A stretch of DNA of 64,000 bases. Origin: an uncultured Nitrososphaerota archaeon. GTDB lineage: Archaea; Thermoproteota; Nitrososphaeria; Nitrososphaerales; CADDZS01. The stretch's first letter is position 1. Every line of letters starts with the position of its first letter. Of the stretch, positions 52,977-62,918 are shown piece by piece. A program made the position numbers and the translations under genes. The notes beneath the pieces are model-generated. The model was not told the origin of the DNA, made no database searches, and worked only from the letters and a program-made list of their open reading frames with translations. The stretch is taken from the NCBI GenBank assembly GCA_963799845.1, contig CAWCYI010000004.1:1216001-1280000 (forward strand), written 5' to 3'.

Positions 52977-54936
52977 CTGCTTTCTCTCCGGTCTTGATAT
53001 ACGAACTGAACCACCAAAGCATCAGCTGCAGTCTCTCTACTCTGTGATGGGGCTTCCCTCCCCTCGATAGTCCATGACTTTCACCGGGGAAAACAGCGAA
53101 TACGACCTCCTTGCTCTGTCGCTTCAAGAAAGCATAGAGCTGCTCCGCCTGTTCCAGCCGACAGCGAAAGTCCTCTTCAGAGTGCATGATGAGAAGCGGC
53201 GTCGTGATTTCTTTCGTGTATGAAATTGGGGATTTCGCGAGATAGTGCTCGGGCCTGTCCCACGGGAAAGAGCCCTGTACGTCTTCCTCGATTAGTCGAT
53301 AGTCGTCGCTCGTTCCGTAGAAGCTGAACAAGTTCACGACGGATCGATCTGTGACCGCTGCCGCGAACAGCTTGCAGTGGCTGATCGCCCAGTTTGTAAG
53401 ATACCCACCGTACGAACCGCCGGTCACTCCGATTCTCCTCTCGTCGATCCACCCGCTTTCCACGATATGCCCTACCATATCGATAATGTCGGAATAGTCC
53501 TTTTCCATGTAGTGACCTGTCAGTACCTTCATGAAATCTTCACCGTACCCGACCGTACCCCGAAAGTTGCACGCCGCAACCGAGTAACCAAGGGCAGCCA
53601 AGCACTGGAACTCGAACATAAACCGGTATCCCTCGGTCCCGCCTCCACCATGAATTTGGACAATACACGACGGCTTTTCTCCATTTTGTTTTCCCAAAGC
53701 CGGCATGAAAAAGCCGTGCACTTCATGACCATCCCTTGCCCTAAAAGTGAACTCGCGTAATTCACTGAACTCGATCTCGGAGATGAGGTTTGCGTTGAGA
53801 GTCGAAACCTGTTGAGGATTAGAATTCGGATGTTGGAGATACAGTTCGACCGGATGAGTAGGATCCATCCTGGTAAATGCTATCGTTCCATTGTTGGAGA
53901 GGCTGAAGCCAGTTACTACCTGTCGTCCCGAAGTGACCTCTCTTACTTCGAGAGAACCTGTATCGGCCGCGAAGATATTGCATCTGCCCCGATCAGTTGC
54001 CGTGAAATAGATTGTCTTGGAACCGCTGTCCCACACGGGTTCAAGGGTGGAACTGTTCATCATCGAGTCTGAGTAAACGCTATTCCTTGACGGCCTGTCA
54101 AGTTCGTTTGAGACGCAGAACGTTTTTTGGTTCTTGATATCGTTAACCCACACCTGAACTGGAGTATTGAACTTGAATCTGTAGTCGTCACCGATGAACG
54201 CTATGTAATTCCCATCCGGGGAATATGAGAGGCTCGACATCGATCCCTTGTTCTTTGTGAGTTTCGAGATTCCTCCACCTCCGGAGGACACGGTGTAAAT
54301 GTCCAAATTATTCTGAAAATCAGCATCCTTCTCGATGTTAGATACAAAAGCGACAGTCTTCCCATCCGGAGACAAATCGAAGGCTACAACGTCAAACTCA
54401 CCCTGAGTGACCTGCCTAATTGCTCCATCTTCCAATGTCAACTCGAATACGTGTGTCCTCCTGTCATGCAAGTATCCCTCGCCATCGAACCGGTAATTCA
54501 TGCGGTTGATCAGACGAACGTCGGTCTTCGGCGTCCCGACTCGTAGCGGATCGGAATCGGAAAGAAACAACACGGATTTTTCATCGTGCGACCATCTTGG
54601 ACTCGAGATCTTCCTTTTCTCCAACCTAAGTATCTGGCGCCTGTCCAGTCCTGCTTGATTTGAAATCCAAAGTTCCTGAGAACCGTCTGTGTTTGATGAA
54701 AGATAGAAGAAGCGATCGCCGTTTTTTGAGAAGACCGGATTTGAAACGCGATCTCCAGTCGAGATAAGTGGAATCGCACGACCATCGGCATATTTCCAAA
54801 TTGAACTTGAGTAATCGTTTGGACCCTTTGCTCGAGTTACAGTGAAGAGAATTTGCGTTCCGTCCTGAGAGATCGTCGGATCGTGGACGAAATTGAAATT
54901 GTAAATGTCTTCTGGAGTTGCTTTGCGCATTGTCAC
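52960..54936 (-). CDS. S9 family (acylaminoacyl/prolyl oligo) peptidase
   Basis: Beta-propeller N-domain; GGSYGG, EEDFRC, GESH catalytic triad. Confidence 0.95.
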   Translation of the reverse strand: MTMRKATPEDIYNFNFVHDPTISQDGTQILFTVTRAKGPNDYSSSIWKYADGRAIPLISTGDRVSNPVFSKNGDRFFYLSSNTDGSQELWISNQAGLDRRQILRLEKRKISSPRWSHDEKSVLFLSDSDPLRVGTPKTDVRLINRMNYRFDGEGYLHDRRTHVFELTLEDGAIRQVTQGEFDVVAFDLSPDGKTVAFVSNIEKDADFQNNLDIYTVSSGGGGISKLTKNKGSMSSLSYSPDGNYIAFIGDDYRFKFNTPVQVWVNDIKNQKTFCVSNELDRPSRNSVYSDSMMNSSTLEPVWDSGSKTIYFTATDRGRCNIFAADTGSLEVREVTSGRQVVTGFSLSNNGTIAFTRMDPTHPVELYLQHPNSNPQQVSTLNANLISEIEFSELREFTFRARDGHEVHGFFMPALGKQNGEKPSCIVQIHGGGGTEGYRFMFEFQCLAALGYSVAACNFRGTVGYGEDFMKVLTGHYMEKDYSDIIDMVGHIVESGWIDERRIGVTGGSYGGYLTNWAISHCKLFAAAVTDRSVVNLFSFYGTSDDYRLIEEDVQGSFPWDRPEHYLAKSPISYTKEITTPLLIMHSEEDFRCRLEQAEQLYAFLKRQSKEVVFAVFPGESHGLSRGGKPHHRVERLQLMLWWFSSYIKTGEKAVECPI

Positions 54937-54961
54937 AACCTCTCAACCACCGAAAATATAC

Positions 54962-55900
54962 TCATCGACGCAATCGAGGATCTAAAATGTCTCTCAGCCC
55001 GTCACCGACGAGATTGAACGCAAGTGTCGCGATTATTATCGCCAGTCCGGGGAAAATGATCAGCCAGGGTGCCGTGAACACATTCTGAATCCCCTCCGCC
55101 ACCAAATTTCCGAGCTCGGGCAAGTTTTGTTTTGGCGAGAATCCTAGAAACATCAAGCTCGAAAAGATGAGGATCACTCCTCCGAGGTCCAGCGTAGCCT
55201 GTACCAGAATCGGGTACATTGAGTTGGGAATGATGTGCCTGAACAAAATGCGCGGAGTGCTAGCGCCCATCGCTCTCAACGATTCGACATAGTTTTTCTC
55301 CTTCTCTGAAAGTATCTGACCACGAACTAGCCTCACGTAGAGCGGCCACCACACGATTAGCACCGCGAAAGTTAGAGTCGGAATACTCGGCCCGACAACA
55401 GCTGCAATAACAAGCGCGAGAAGTAGCGTCGGGAAACCAAAAAAGATGTCAGTGATCCTGAGAATAATTTCGTCTATTACCGAACCTCCGTACGAGGAAA
55501 GTGCGCCAAGAACTATACCTATCGCGACGGAGCCCAAGACTACGGTAAAAGCGATCTGAAGATCGAGCGGGAGCGCGAGCACTATCATGGAAAGCACTCC
55601 TCGCCCGAAATAGTCCGTTCCAAGCCAGTAAAACTGGTTGCTACTGCAAAGAGATGAGTTAGGACCCCAATTTATCCAGTGGTTTCCCCAACAAAGCTGG
55701 GTGGCGTACGAGACTTTGTTAGCAAGTGCCGGGTTCACAATGAAATGGGAAAGAAGCGCGATTACTATAATTCCGATGCTCAATATCGAACCCACCAGAA
55801 CTAGCGGATTTCGGACCAGCAGTCTGAGGGCAAACTTCAGATCGTCCAGTCGTCGATAGTTTCGCGGCTTCTTGCTCTTTTCTTCGACTAGTTTGCTCAA
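54962..55900 (-). CDS. dppC: Peptide ABC transporter permease (DppC type)
   Basis: WLGTDYFGR, YVESLRAMGA, RHIIPN, GDGLRDILDPR. Confidence 0.92.
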   Translation of the reverse strand: MSKLVEEKSKKPRNYRRLDDLKFALRLLVRNPLVLVGSILSIGIIVIALLSHFIVNPALANKVSYATQLCWGNHWINWGPNSSLCSSNQFYWLGTDYFGRGVLSMIVLALPLDLQIAFTVVLGSVAIGIVLGALSSYGGSVIDEIILRITDIFFGFPTLLLALVIAAVVGPSIPTLTFAVLIVWWPLYVRLVRGQILSEKEKNYVESLRAMGASTPRILFRHIIPNSMYPILVQATLDLGGVILIFSSLMFLGFSPKQNLPELGNLVAEGIQNVFTAPWLIIFPGLAIIIATLAFNLVGDGLRDILDPRLRR

Positions 55901-56938
55901 CTTAATCGTATCCTTGGGTCAATAACCCCGTAGAGCAGATCGACTGCGAGGTTCGCGATCACGATGATCGCCGCAGACACTATCGTGTAGAGCATGAGAA
56001 AGTTGGTATCATTGGCAAAGGTCGCCTGAAGCGCGGCAGAACCGACTCCCGGCCAGCTGAAAACATATTCTACGACGACAACGCCTCCCAGAAGTGATGC
56101 AAATAGAACTCCAGTCACGGTTATCACAGGAATTAGAGCATTCCTCAGTGCATGCCGGTAGGTTACTACTCTTTCTGTAAGTCCCTTAGACCTCGCAAGT
56201 ACTATGTAGTCCTGCTTCAGGACTTCGAGCATGCTTGATCTCACGATCCTCGTCAGGTATCCCAGGCTGGCGAAAGCCAGCGTGATCGCGGGTAAAATCA
56301 GATGAGTAAGTGAACTTACAAAGTACCGATCCGTTCCCTTCGATGATTGCATCCAGAATAGGTAATCCCGTTATCGGATGTACGGAGTTGATGAAACTCT
56401 GGCTTACGTAACCGGAGCTCGGGAGCGTGGGTAGCCCCCACAGCTTGAAGTAATATGAAAATAATAGCTGAAACAGGAAACCGAGCCAGAATACCGGCAT
56501 CGAGTATCCCGAGAGTGCGAAGAGCCTCGAGATGTGATCCGGAAGTTTGTTATTTCTTGTGGCTGAGAGGATTCCCAGGGGGAGTGCCACCACGATCGTT
56601 ATGATTATCGAAGCGATTGCAAGTTCTACTGTCAGGGGGAATCTGTCCTTGAAGACCGTAATCGTCGCCTGATTTCCCGCCCACTTCGAAATTCCCCAGT
56701 TGCCGGATGCGGCGTCTCTGACCCAGTAAAAGTACTGCTCGTACAGCGGCAGGTTGAAGCCGTGAATTTGCTTGATGTAATTAATCTCCGCAGTGCTCAT
56801 GGAGAGAGTTACGTACTGTCCCCAGGGAGGAAATTTCGAAGGATAGCCACGTGATAGATAGAAGACAATGAGGCTGATACCAAAAAGTACCAGTATCATG
56901 AGTAAAAGTCTTCTAATCACGAACTTTGCGAAATTCAA
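55897..56938 (-). CDS. dppB: Peptide ABC transporter permease (DppB type; frameshift near 56327)
   Basis: MNFAKFVIRR, PLYEQY, HLILPA, DYIVLARSKGL, DPRI; two ORFs join on removing one G. Confidence 0.9.
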
Positions 56939-57106
56939 AACTGATACGTCGCGCGATGAGAATTATCAAGTTGTTATTTAATTGTCCTCCGATCCTGCGC
57001 CAACTACTGAAATGATTTCTGAAAATATTTTCATGATTTGCAAGTCAATCAAGAAAGCATGGCGTGGTAACAACACATTTTAGGAGACCGGCGGGGCTTT
57101 TGTTTC

Positions 57107-59164
57107 ATGTTTTCAAGAAAATCTAAAATCAAACAGGCGATCGGTAGGACAGCGCTTGTTGGTATAGTCGTTATAATTATCATCATAATAGCAGTAGGCG
57201 GTTATGCGGCTCTTTCTATCGGAAAGACCAGCAGTTCAACAACTACTTCCACTACGTCTTCGGTGAGCACGACCACGAGTTCCACTACATCGATTGGTTC
57301 GACTACCACAACTTCCAGCACACTGAGCACCAGTCAAAGTTCCACATCAAGCACGACTTCGTCTCCTTCAACTACCTCTTCAACAACCTCGACCACGGTA
57401 GCAACCTCTAGTTCACAGTCCGTCCAAAATCCCGGAGTTATTGTATACGAAACTTCAAACCAGCCGTCGTCATTAGATCCCGCCCTCTGGTCTGACGCCG
57501 GATCTGCGACGATTCAGTTCAATGTGTATGAGACTCTCTTCCAGTATGTTGGCAACGTAAGTTCGCAGGTCGAACCGTGGCTTGCTTCGAATTACACCGT
57601 TTCACCTGATGGTTTGACTTACACGGTTAATCTGAGACAGGGCATAACATTCCAAGACGGTTCGCAGTTTAACGCGAGCGCAGTTGTATTCAGTTTTAAC
57701 AGAGTCGTCCTGATGGATTCGTCATCGTCAAACGTCTGGATCCTCGTCGGGTCTCAAGCCCCCGGTTTGATTAATGGTTCATTCAACTACAGTCATAATT
57801 TTGGGTCGGGAGCAGCGACATACAACCAAAGCCAAGTTAACGCCTACCTCGCCTCGGACGGAGTGCAGGTTGGAGCTAATCCTTACCAAGTGATATTTCA
57901 TCTAGGATATGCTGATGCTTCATTTCCATACATACTTGCCCTAACTGCCGCTAGTATAGTGTCACCGAGTTTCGTCATCTCTCACTGGAGTGCTCCGACA
58001 GATGGACATGGATACATCACCGGAGTCAACGCAGGCGACACCGACCCGTACATGAACAATCACACATCAGGGACGGGTCCCTATGAAGTCAAGAGCTGGG
58101 ATCCCACGACTGGCGACGTCGTTTTAACATCTTATTCTCAGTACTGGGGCTCTCCATCGAATACAGGAGTCGCAAAGGTTCCCGAAATCGACCTGAACTT
58201 TATCCAGAGTGATTCCGCGAGAGTGCTCGATCTAAAGTCCGGCGCCGCTGACATTGCAGATATTCCCACCAGCGACAACTTTGCCTTCTTTGACAAGACC
58301 ACATGGTTGACAAATCACCAGATTCAGATAACCGCCCCCGGCGTTTCCGTTATCGGGCCCTTCCCGCAGCTAAACATCGAATACATCGGGATGAACTTTG
58401 CAATCCACGATCCCAACGGCTCGCTGTCTTCTTTCCAGCCGTTCGCGAACAAGAACTTTAGACTCGCGATGGCCGACGCAATCAACATCACTGATATACT
58501 GCAGAATGCCGCGTCGGGATTTGGAATAACAGCTGACAGCGCTGTCCCGCCCGGCCTTGGAGGATACAACTCCTCCGTTCCCGTAGACTATAACTTCAAT
58601 CTGACGGACGCGCAGGGAAACCTCACAATCGCTTCAAATGCACTCGGCTTCAATTCGAGCAACCCACAAACGCTCACAATGGTATACGCGATCGGCGACA
58701 GCACCGGACAGGCCGTATCCACGGAACTAGCGACTAACATCAATAACATGGCACTGGGCATTACGATAAACGTCTCGCCACAGCCGATTAGCCAGTTCCT
58801 GGGTGGGGTCGTCGCGAGAACGATACCAATGTTCGTTCTTCAATACTTGGCGGACTATCCAGAGACGACCGACTTTCTGTCCGCCTTTGGAAGTGCAACT
58901 TCTAATGTAGGATTCTTCGTGGGTTACAACGACACGCACGTAACCTCGCTAATCAACCAGCAAGCGAGCGGAGGCAACGCAACTCTAAGGGCACAGCTCA
59001 TAAATCAGGCCGAAATAGCGATGAACCAGGACGTTCCGTATATCTGGCTATACTATCCTTCAATATTCGGGGAGACTGGACAGATGTTCAGAAGCTGGAT
59101 CAGCGGATTCCAGTTCAACGCTGCGTATTCGGGGCCGTACTTCTACGAGCTGTCCAAGGGATAA
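57107..59164 (+). CDS. ABC transporter substrate-binding protein, family 5 (close paralog of 49612-51711)
   Basis: KQAIGR + TM, Thr/Ser linker, long identical blocks such as FGETGQMFRSWISGF. Confidence 0.93.
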   Translation: MFSRKSKIKQAIGRTALVGIVVIIIIIIAVGGYAALSIGKTSSSTTTSTTSSVSTTTSSTTSIGSTTTTSSTLSTSQSSTSSTTSSPSTTSSTTSTTVATSSSQSVQNPGVIVYETSNQPSSLDPALWSDAGSATIQFNVYETLFQYVGNVSSQVEPWLASNYTVSPDGLTYTVNLRQGITFQDGSQFNASAVVFSFNRVVLMDSSSSNVWILVGSQAPGLINGSFNYSHNFGSGAATYNQSQVNAYLASDGVQVGANPYQVIFHLGYADASFPYILALTAASIVSPSFVISHWSAPTDGHGYITGVNAGDTDPYMNNHTSGTGPYEVKSWDPTTGDVVLTSYSQYWGSPSNTGVAKVPEIDLNFIQSDSARVLDLKSGAADIADIPTSDNFAFFDKTTWLTNHQIQITAPGVSVIGPFPQLNIEYIGMNFAIHDPNGSLSSFQPFANKNFRLAMADAINITDILQNAASGFGITADSAVPPGLGGYNSSVPVDYNFNLTDAQGNLTIASNALGFNSSNPQTLTMVYAIGDSTGQAVSTELATNINNMALGITINVSPQPISQFLGGVVARTIPMFVLQYLADYPETTDFLSAFGSATSNVGFFVGYNDTHVTSLINQQASGGNATLRAQLINQAEIAMNQDVPYIWLYYPSIFGETGQMFRSWISGFQFNAAYSGPYFYELSKG

Positions 59165-59178
59165 ACCATCAGAGATAC

Positions 59179-59201
59179 ATGCCTTGCGGCCTGCAAGGCA
59201 T
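59179..59201. terminator. Hairpin between convergent genes
   Basis: ATGCCTTGC...GCAAGGCAT followed by T-rich sequence. Confidence 0.5.
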
Positions 59202-59234
59202 TCGATTTTTTACAGATAATTATTTTTCGAGTTT

Positions 59235-60065
59235 TCAGCTATAGCTATGAAGCTTACTCAGCTTGTGATTAGAATCCAGAGGGAACACTCTTTCGTCATC
59301 GCATCCGAAGAATCTAACGTTTTCAAATCCTGATTCTCTTAGGAGGCTCTCTACCTCGGAGGGAAAGAAAGTCCTTAGCAGGACGGTGTCCTCGTCGGTG
59401 GAAATCTTTCCGTCGTAGTCGAAAATGTAAGTAGATTTCCAAGAATATTTTGGGTTCTCCATAAGCTCAAGGTGACACTCGTGAAAGCGATTAACGAAAG
59501 CTCTTGTGATTCCTCTGTCAGGAGCCGAGAACTTGAATTGCTGGTTTGAAAACCCGTTGTAGAATGGATCTTGCAAGACAATCTTCGCGTGAATAAAGTC
59601 AGCGAATATTAGACCGCCTTTTTGCAGCGACCGAACGGCGCATTGGAAAGTTTGTCTTAGGACAGTGTTATCCAGAAAGTAACACGTGACAAGCGGGCCC
59701 AGAAGAACGGCACCGAGTTTTTCTGACGACTGGAAATTTCTCGCATCCCCGACTTGGATTCGGTCTTCGCCGAGCTTCGTCTTGCCCAAGGTGACCATCT
59801 CAGGGCAGATCTCCAACGCGTGGACGTCGTAGCCGAAATCTCTCTCAAGCAGCCACGACTGGCGACCGGATCCTGAGCCCAGCTCCAAGACTGAGTTCCC
59901 TAGTGTTCGATGCTTGATTTCATGGTCAAGAAGTTCGTTTTGAGATTTCATGCGTCTGATAAAGTCAGGATAAATCAGATCGTATATCCAGCCGTATTTC
60001 GTCATCAGTTTGTGGCGCGAATTCTTGGCTATCTCGTCCTCGATGACAGTTGACGTTATCTGCAA
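59235..60065 (-). CDS. Class I SAM-dependent methyltransferase
   Basis: VLELGSGSG, GDAR, LQKGGLIF; possible extra T near 59251 (corrected tail LIAIAE...). Confidence 0.9.
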   Translation of the reverse strand: MQITSTVIEDEIAKNSRHKLMTKYGWIYDLIYPDFIRRMKSQNELLDHEIKHRTLGNSVLELGSGSGRQSWLLERDFGYDVHALEICPEMVTLGKTKLGEDRIQVGDARNFQSSEKLGAVLLGPLVTCYFLDNTVLRQTFQCAVRSLQKGGLIFADFIHAKIVLQDPFYNGFSNQQFKFSAPDRGITRAFVNRFHECHLELMENPKYSWKSTYIFDYDGKISTDEDTVLLRTFFPSEVESLLRESGFENVRFFGCDDERVFPLDSNHKLSKLHSYS

Positions 60066-60084
60066 TTTTCTTTCTCCGAAGAAC

Positions 60085-60540
60085 TCAACGCGTAAATCTC
60101 AACGGAACGTGCCACTGCCCTGATTCTATCTGTTCTTCGTAAAGTTCGATCCTCTTGCACATGTAGATCAGGTCTGATTCTTGGGGTGCGATCATTCGAC
60201 AAACATCTAGCCTACCCAAGAATAAAACGGCGGTCGGGACATCGGAAAGAAAAGGAAAACCCTGCTTGAATGGATTTTTGTCCGCAGTTTTTGACTCCCA
60301 CTCCTCCTTTGAACCAACCTTGAATTTCAATAGCTTAACTCTTGATTCCTTGGAGTATTCTTCAAAACGCCGGATGTGGGTTGAAGCTACGACGCAGTCG
60401 GGGCACCAAGAGTACAGCCCTCCTTCCGGAGAACCCTCGAAAACTGCCAAGTGCCAAGTTTTCGGAGCATATGAAGAAAGTGAATTTTGGAATTCCCGGT
60501 ACAGGTCCTGCGCAGTAAGTTTCTTTTTCTCTTCCTGCAT
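60085..60540 (-). CDS. Thioredoxin-fold protein, TRP14/TXNDC17 (DUF953)-like
   Basis: FEGS..GG..SWCPDC, VGSKEEW, NPFK, VPT; ATG 60540. Confidence 0.8.
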   Translation of the reverse strand: MQEEKKKLTAQDLYREFQNSLSSYAPKTWHLAVFEGSPEGGLYSWCPDCVVASTHIRRFEEYSKESRVKLLKFKVGSKEEWESKTADKNPFKQGFPFLSDVPTAVLFLGRLDVCRMIAPQESDLIYMCKRIELYEEQIESGQWHVPLRFTR

Positions 60541-60604
60541 TGATCCAAGATAACCTGTAACATGTAATAAGGCAGTTGTTTTTATCCTAAGAAATTGCGG
60601 CACC

Positions 60605-61754
60605 ATGAACAAAACGACGATAGATCGGCTGAAGACTGAGCTGGATTCAAGGTTTAGGCGGTTAGTGGAATGGTTGAATGAAAACGGCCTCGATTACGCA
60701 GTGATCCTGAAAGAGGAGATCGAGGTACAGAGCGGGAATTATCTGTATTATGGCGGAGCCCTCATGTCGGGAGAGTACGGCGCCATTGTCGTTGATTCTT
60801 CTGGAGAACGCTCAGCGATAGTTCACGAATATTCGTTCGAGAGGGTGAGAAATTCATGGCTCTATTCCGGAGTGTTTGAGATCAGGCAGTCAATCGAAGA
60901 GCTGATAGCAACTCTGCGCAAACTCGTGAAAGATTCCAATACAGCAATTGACAGCAGCGCGACACAGAATGCGACGAATCTGCTTAGATCAAGCGGGATC
61001 AATATGTCTGACAAGAATCTCAGGGAGTTTGTTTTTTCTCAACGCGCGACAAAAAGCGAGTTTGAGGTTCACGAGATGGAAACAGCGATCGGGATCGCCA
61101 AGAGAGCTCTTGATAGGACGGTTCACAGTTTCAAATCAGGCATTACCACAGAAGATATCTCCCGTTCGCTGAATAAGAATATCCTGGACGAAGGCGGCAT
61201 AGGAACCTCGTTTGAGACCGACGTGAGGATCATACGGGGTTTGAGCGAAGCTCAAACGAGAAAACTTGCCAAAGGCGATCTTGTTCTATTCGATTTTGGA
61301 GCCAAACTTTCCTCAATGTATTTGTCTGACGTCGGTCGGACGATTCCATTTTTGCCAGATAGAGACCACAAGATTAGAGACTTCATGAATGATGTCTATT
61401 CAATCAAGCGAGCCGGATTTAAGAAGATACGTAAGTGGACACACTGGAAATCAAGTCCGTGCAGAAATCGATCAAGTAATTCATGAACATGGCTATGATT
61501 CGACTCACAGGCCGGGGCATCAAATTGGTCTGAATGTACATGAGCCGTTCGGGCCGGCGCTCGCGTATGGAGCAGAGAACTCGGGACAGCTTCGGGAGGG
61601 AAACGTTGTGACCTGGGAACCAGGGATTGGGCTTGCCAAGAATAAAGAGAAGTTGAACAAGAATCGGTATGGTATGGCTCACATGGAAGACATGGTACTC
61701 GTTGGCACTCCTTCGAAGATGCTCGGGAATTTAAAACTCGAATTCTCGGAGTGA
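60605..61754 (+). CDS. M24 family peptidase (frameshift near 61432)
   Basis: DFGA....YLSDVGRT; HRPGHQIGLNVHE, TWEPG, HMED in the next frame. Confidence 0.9.
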
Positions 61755-61775
61755 AGCCAGAGGTAATCACTGGTC

Positions 61776-62814
61776 TCATCGTTTCGAAGATTTCTTGTTG
61801 CCGAGCCCAAGCTTTCTCAGAAACTTTTCGTAATCGGCAGGACTCATCAGAAACCGTTGGCCGCTGAAATGCTCCAAGGTTTCCGAATCGGTCACCCCGA
61901 TTCGTCTCAGCTTCCTCCACCATGGCCCTGTACGATTCAATCGCGCTGTCTCCAAACTCTCCTTGCGCAACCTTCCCGGAAGCTCGCTTCAACATGTTTA
62001 GGGACAACAGGACGTCGAGGTATATCGAGACAGGGTCGCTTTTCTTGAAGTATGGCACGCCGACAAGGAGATGGCCCTCCTCGCCCGGAGCAATCCGCAT
62101 GAAGGAATTATGCATGAATTCTACCTTGAGTTTGTCCAGGATCTCGTCCGTCTTTTTGCCCAGTAACGTACTTACCGAGGGAACCTTCTCAAATCCGTGA
62201 AAGTAATCCGTGAAGGAATAGAGGGAAATCGGAGCCTTGCGATTTATTCGGACGGGAAACTTTGTTTGAGTCTTTGACTTTGATACGCGGCCGAGTTCCA
62301 TTTCCTTCAAGAATTTTCTGAAAACCCTCGGCGAGGCGGGGCCAAGCTTGAGATACTCTACTATCTCATCTTTGGGCATTCCTATCCTTTCCGCTTCCCT
62401 AACGGTATACCTGTACGCTGGGACTTCAATGGGGCTCGAATAATACAGTGAAAAGTCTCCCAAGAACTTCTGGTGCTCTTTCTCAAAGTGGATCCTGTCC
62501 TCGTGCCACTGCTTGATGTGGAACAGCTCATGGACAACGTCAAGGTACAGCGTCCGTAAGTCGCTGTGCCGAAGATGGTATGTCCCGACGTTGATGTTTC
62601 CGTCTTCGTCCCTGATCCCCATGTACATGAACTTAAGAGAGATGAAAGAAACATTCAGATTCCCTAGGACTGCATCCGTCTCCTCGCCGAAGACGCTCCT
62701 TACCGCCTGAACTTTCTCGAAACCCTTGAAGTAGTCCGTGAATGGAAAGAGGTCTGGAGGAGGCGTCTCACGATTTATTTCGATCGGAAGTTCCGAGCGC
62801 CTAAGTTGAGACAT
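61776..62814 (-). CDS. Hypothetical two-repeat protein with HExxH zincin motif (frameshift near 61910)
   Basis: Two copies of INR...L..FTDYF.GFEKV..V; VHELFH in repeat 1 only. Confidence 0.75.
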
Positions 62815-62918
62815 AGTCAGAATTTGGTCTCAGGGGAGATAATCTTTACTTGTACCGATATCAATGAAATGATTGGGGCGAACTCTAAAACATGAAGGTA
62901 GCGAATTTCCATTGTGAT

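Noticed and set aside
61396-61775. C-terminal 120 aa of the 472-aa ORF
   Set aside because: Frameshift read-through antisense to the M24 gene; the true stop is at 61776
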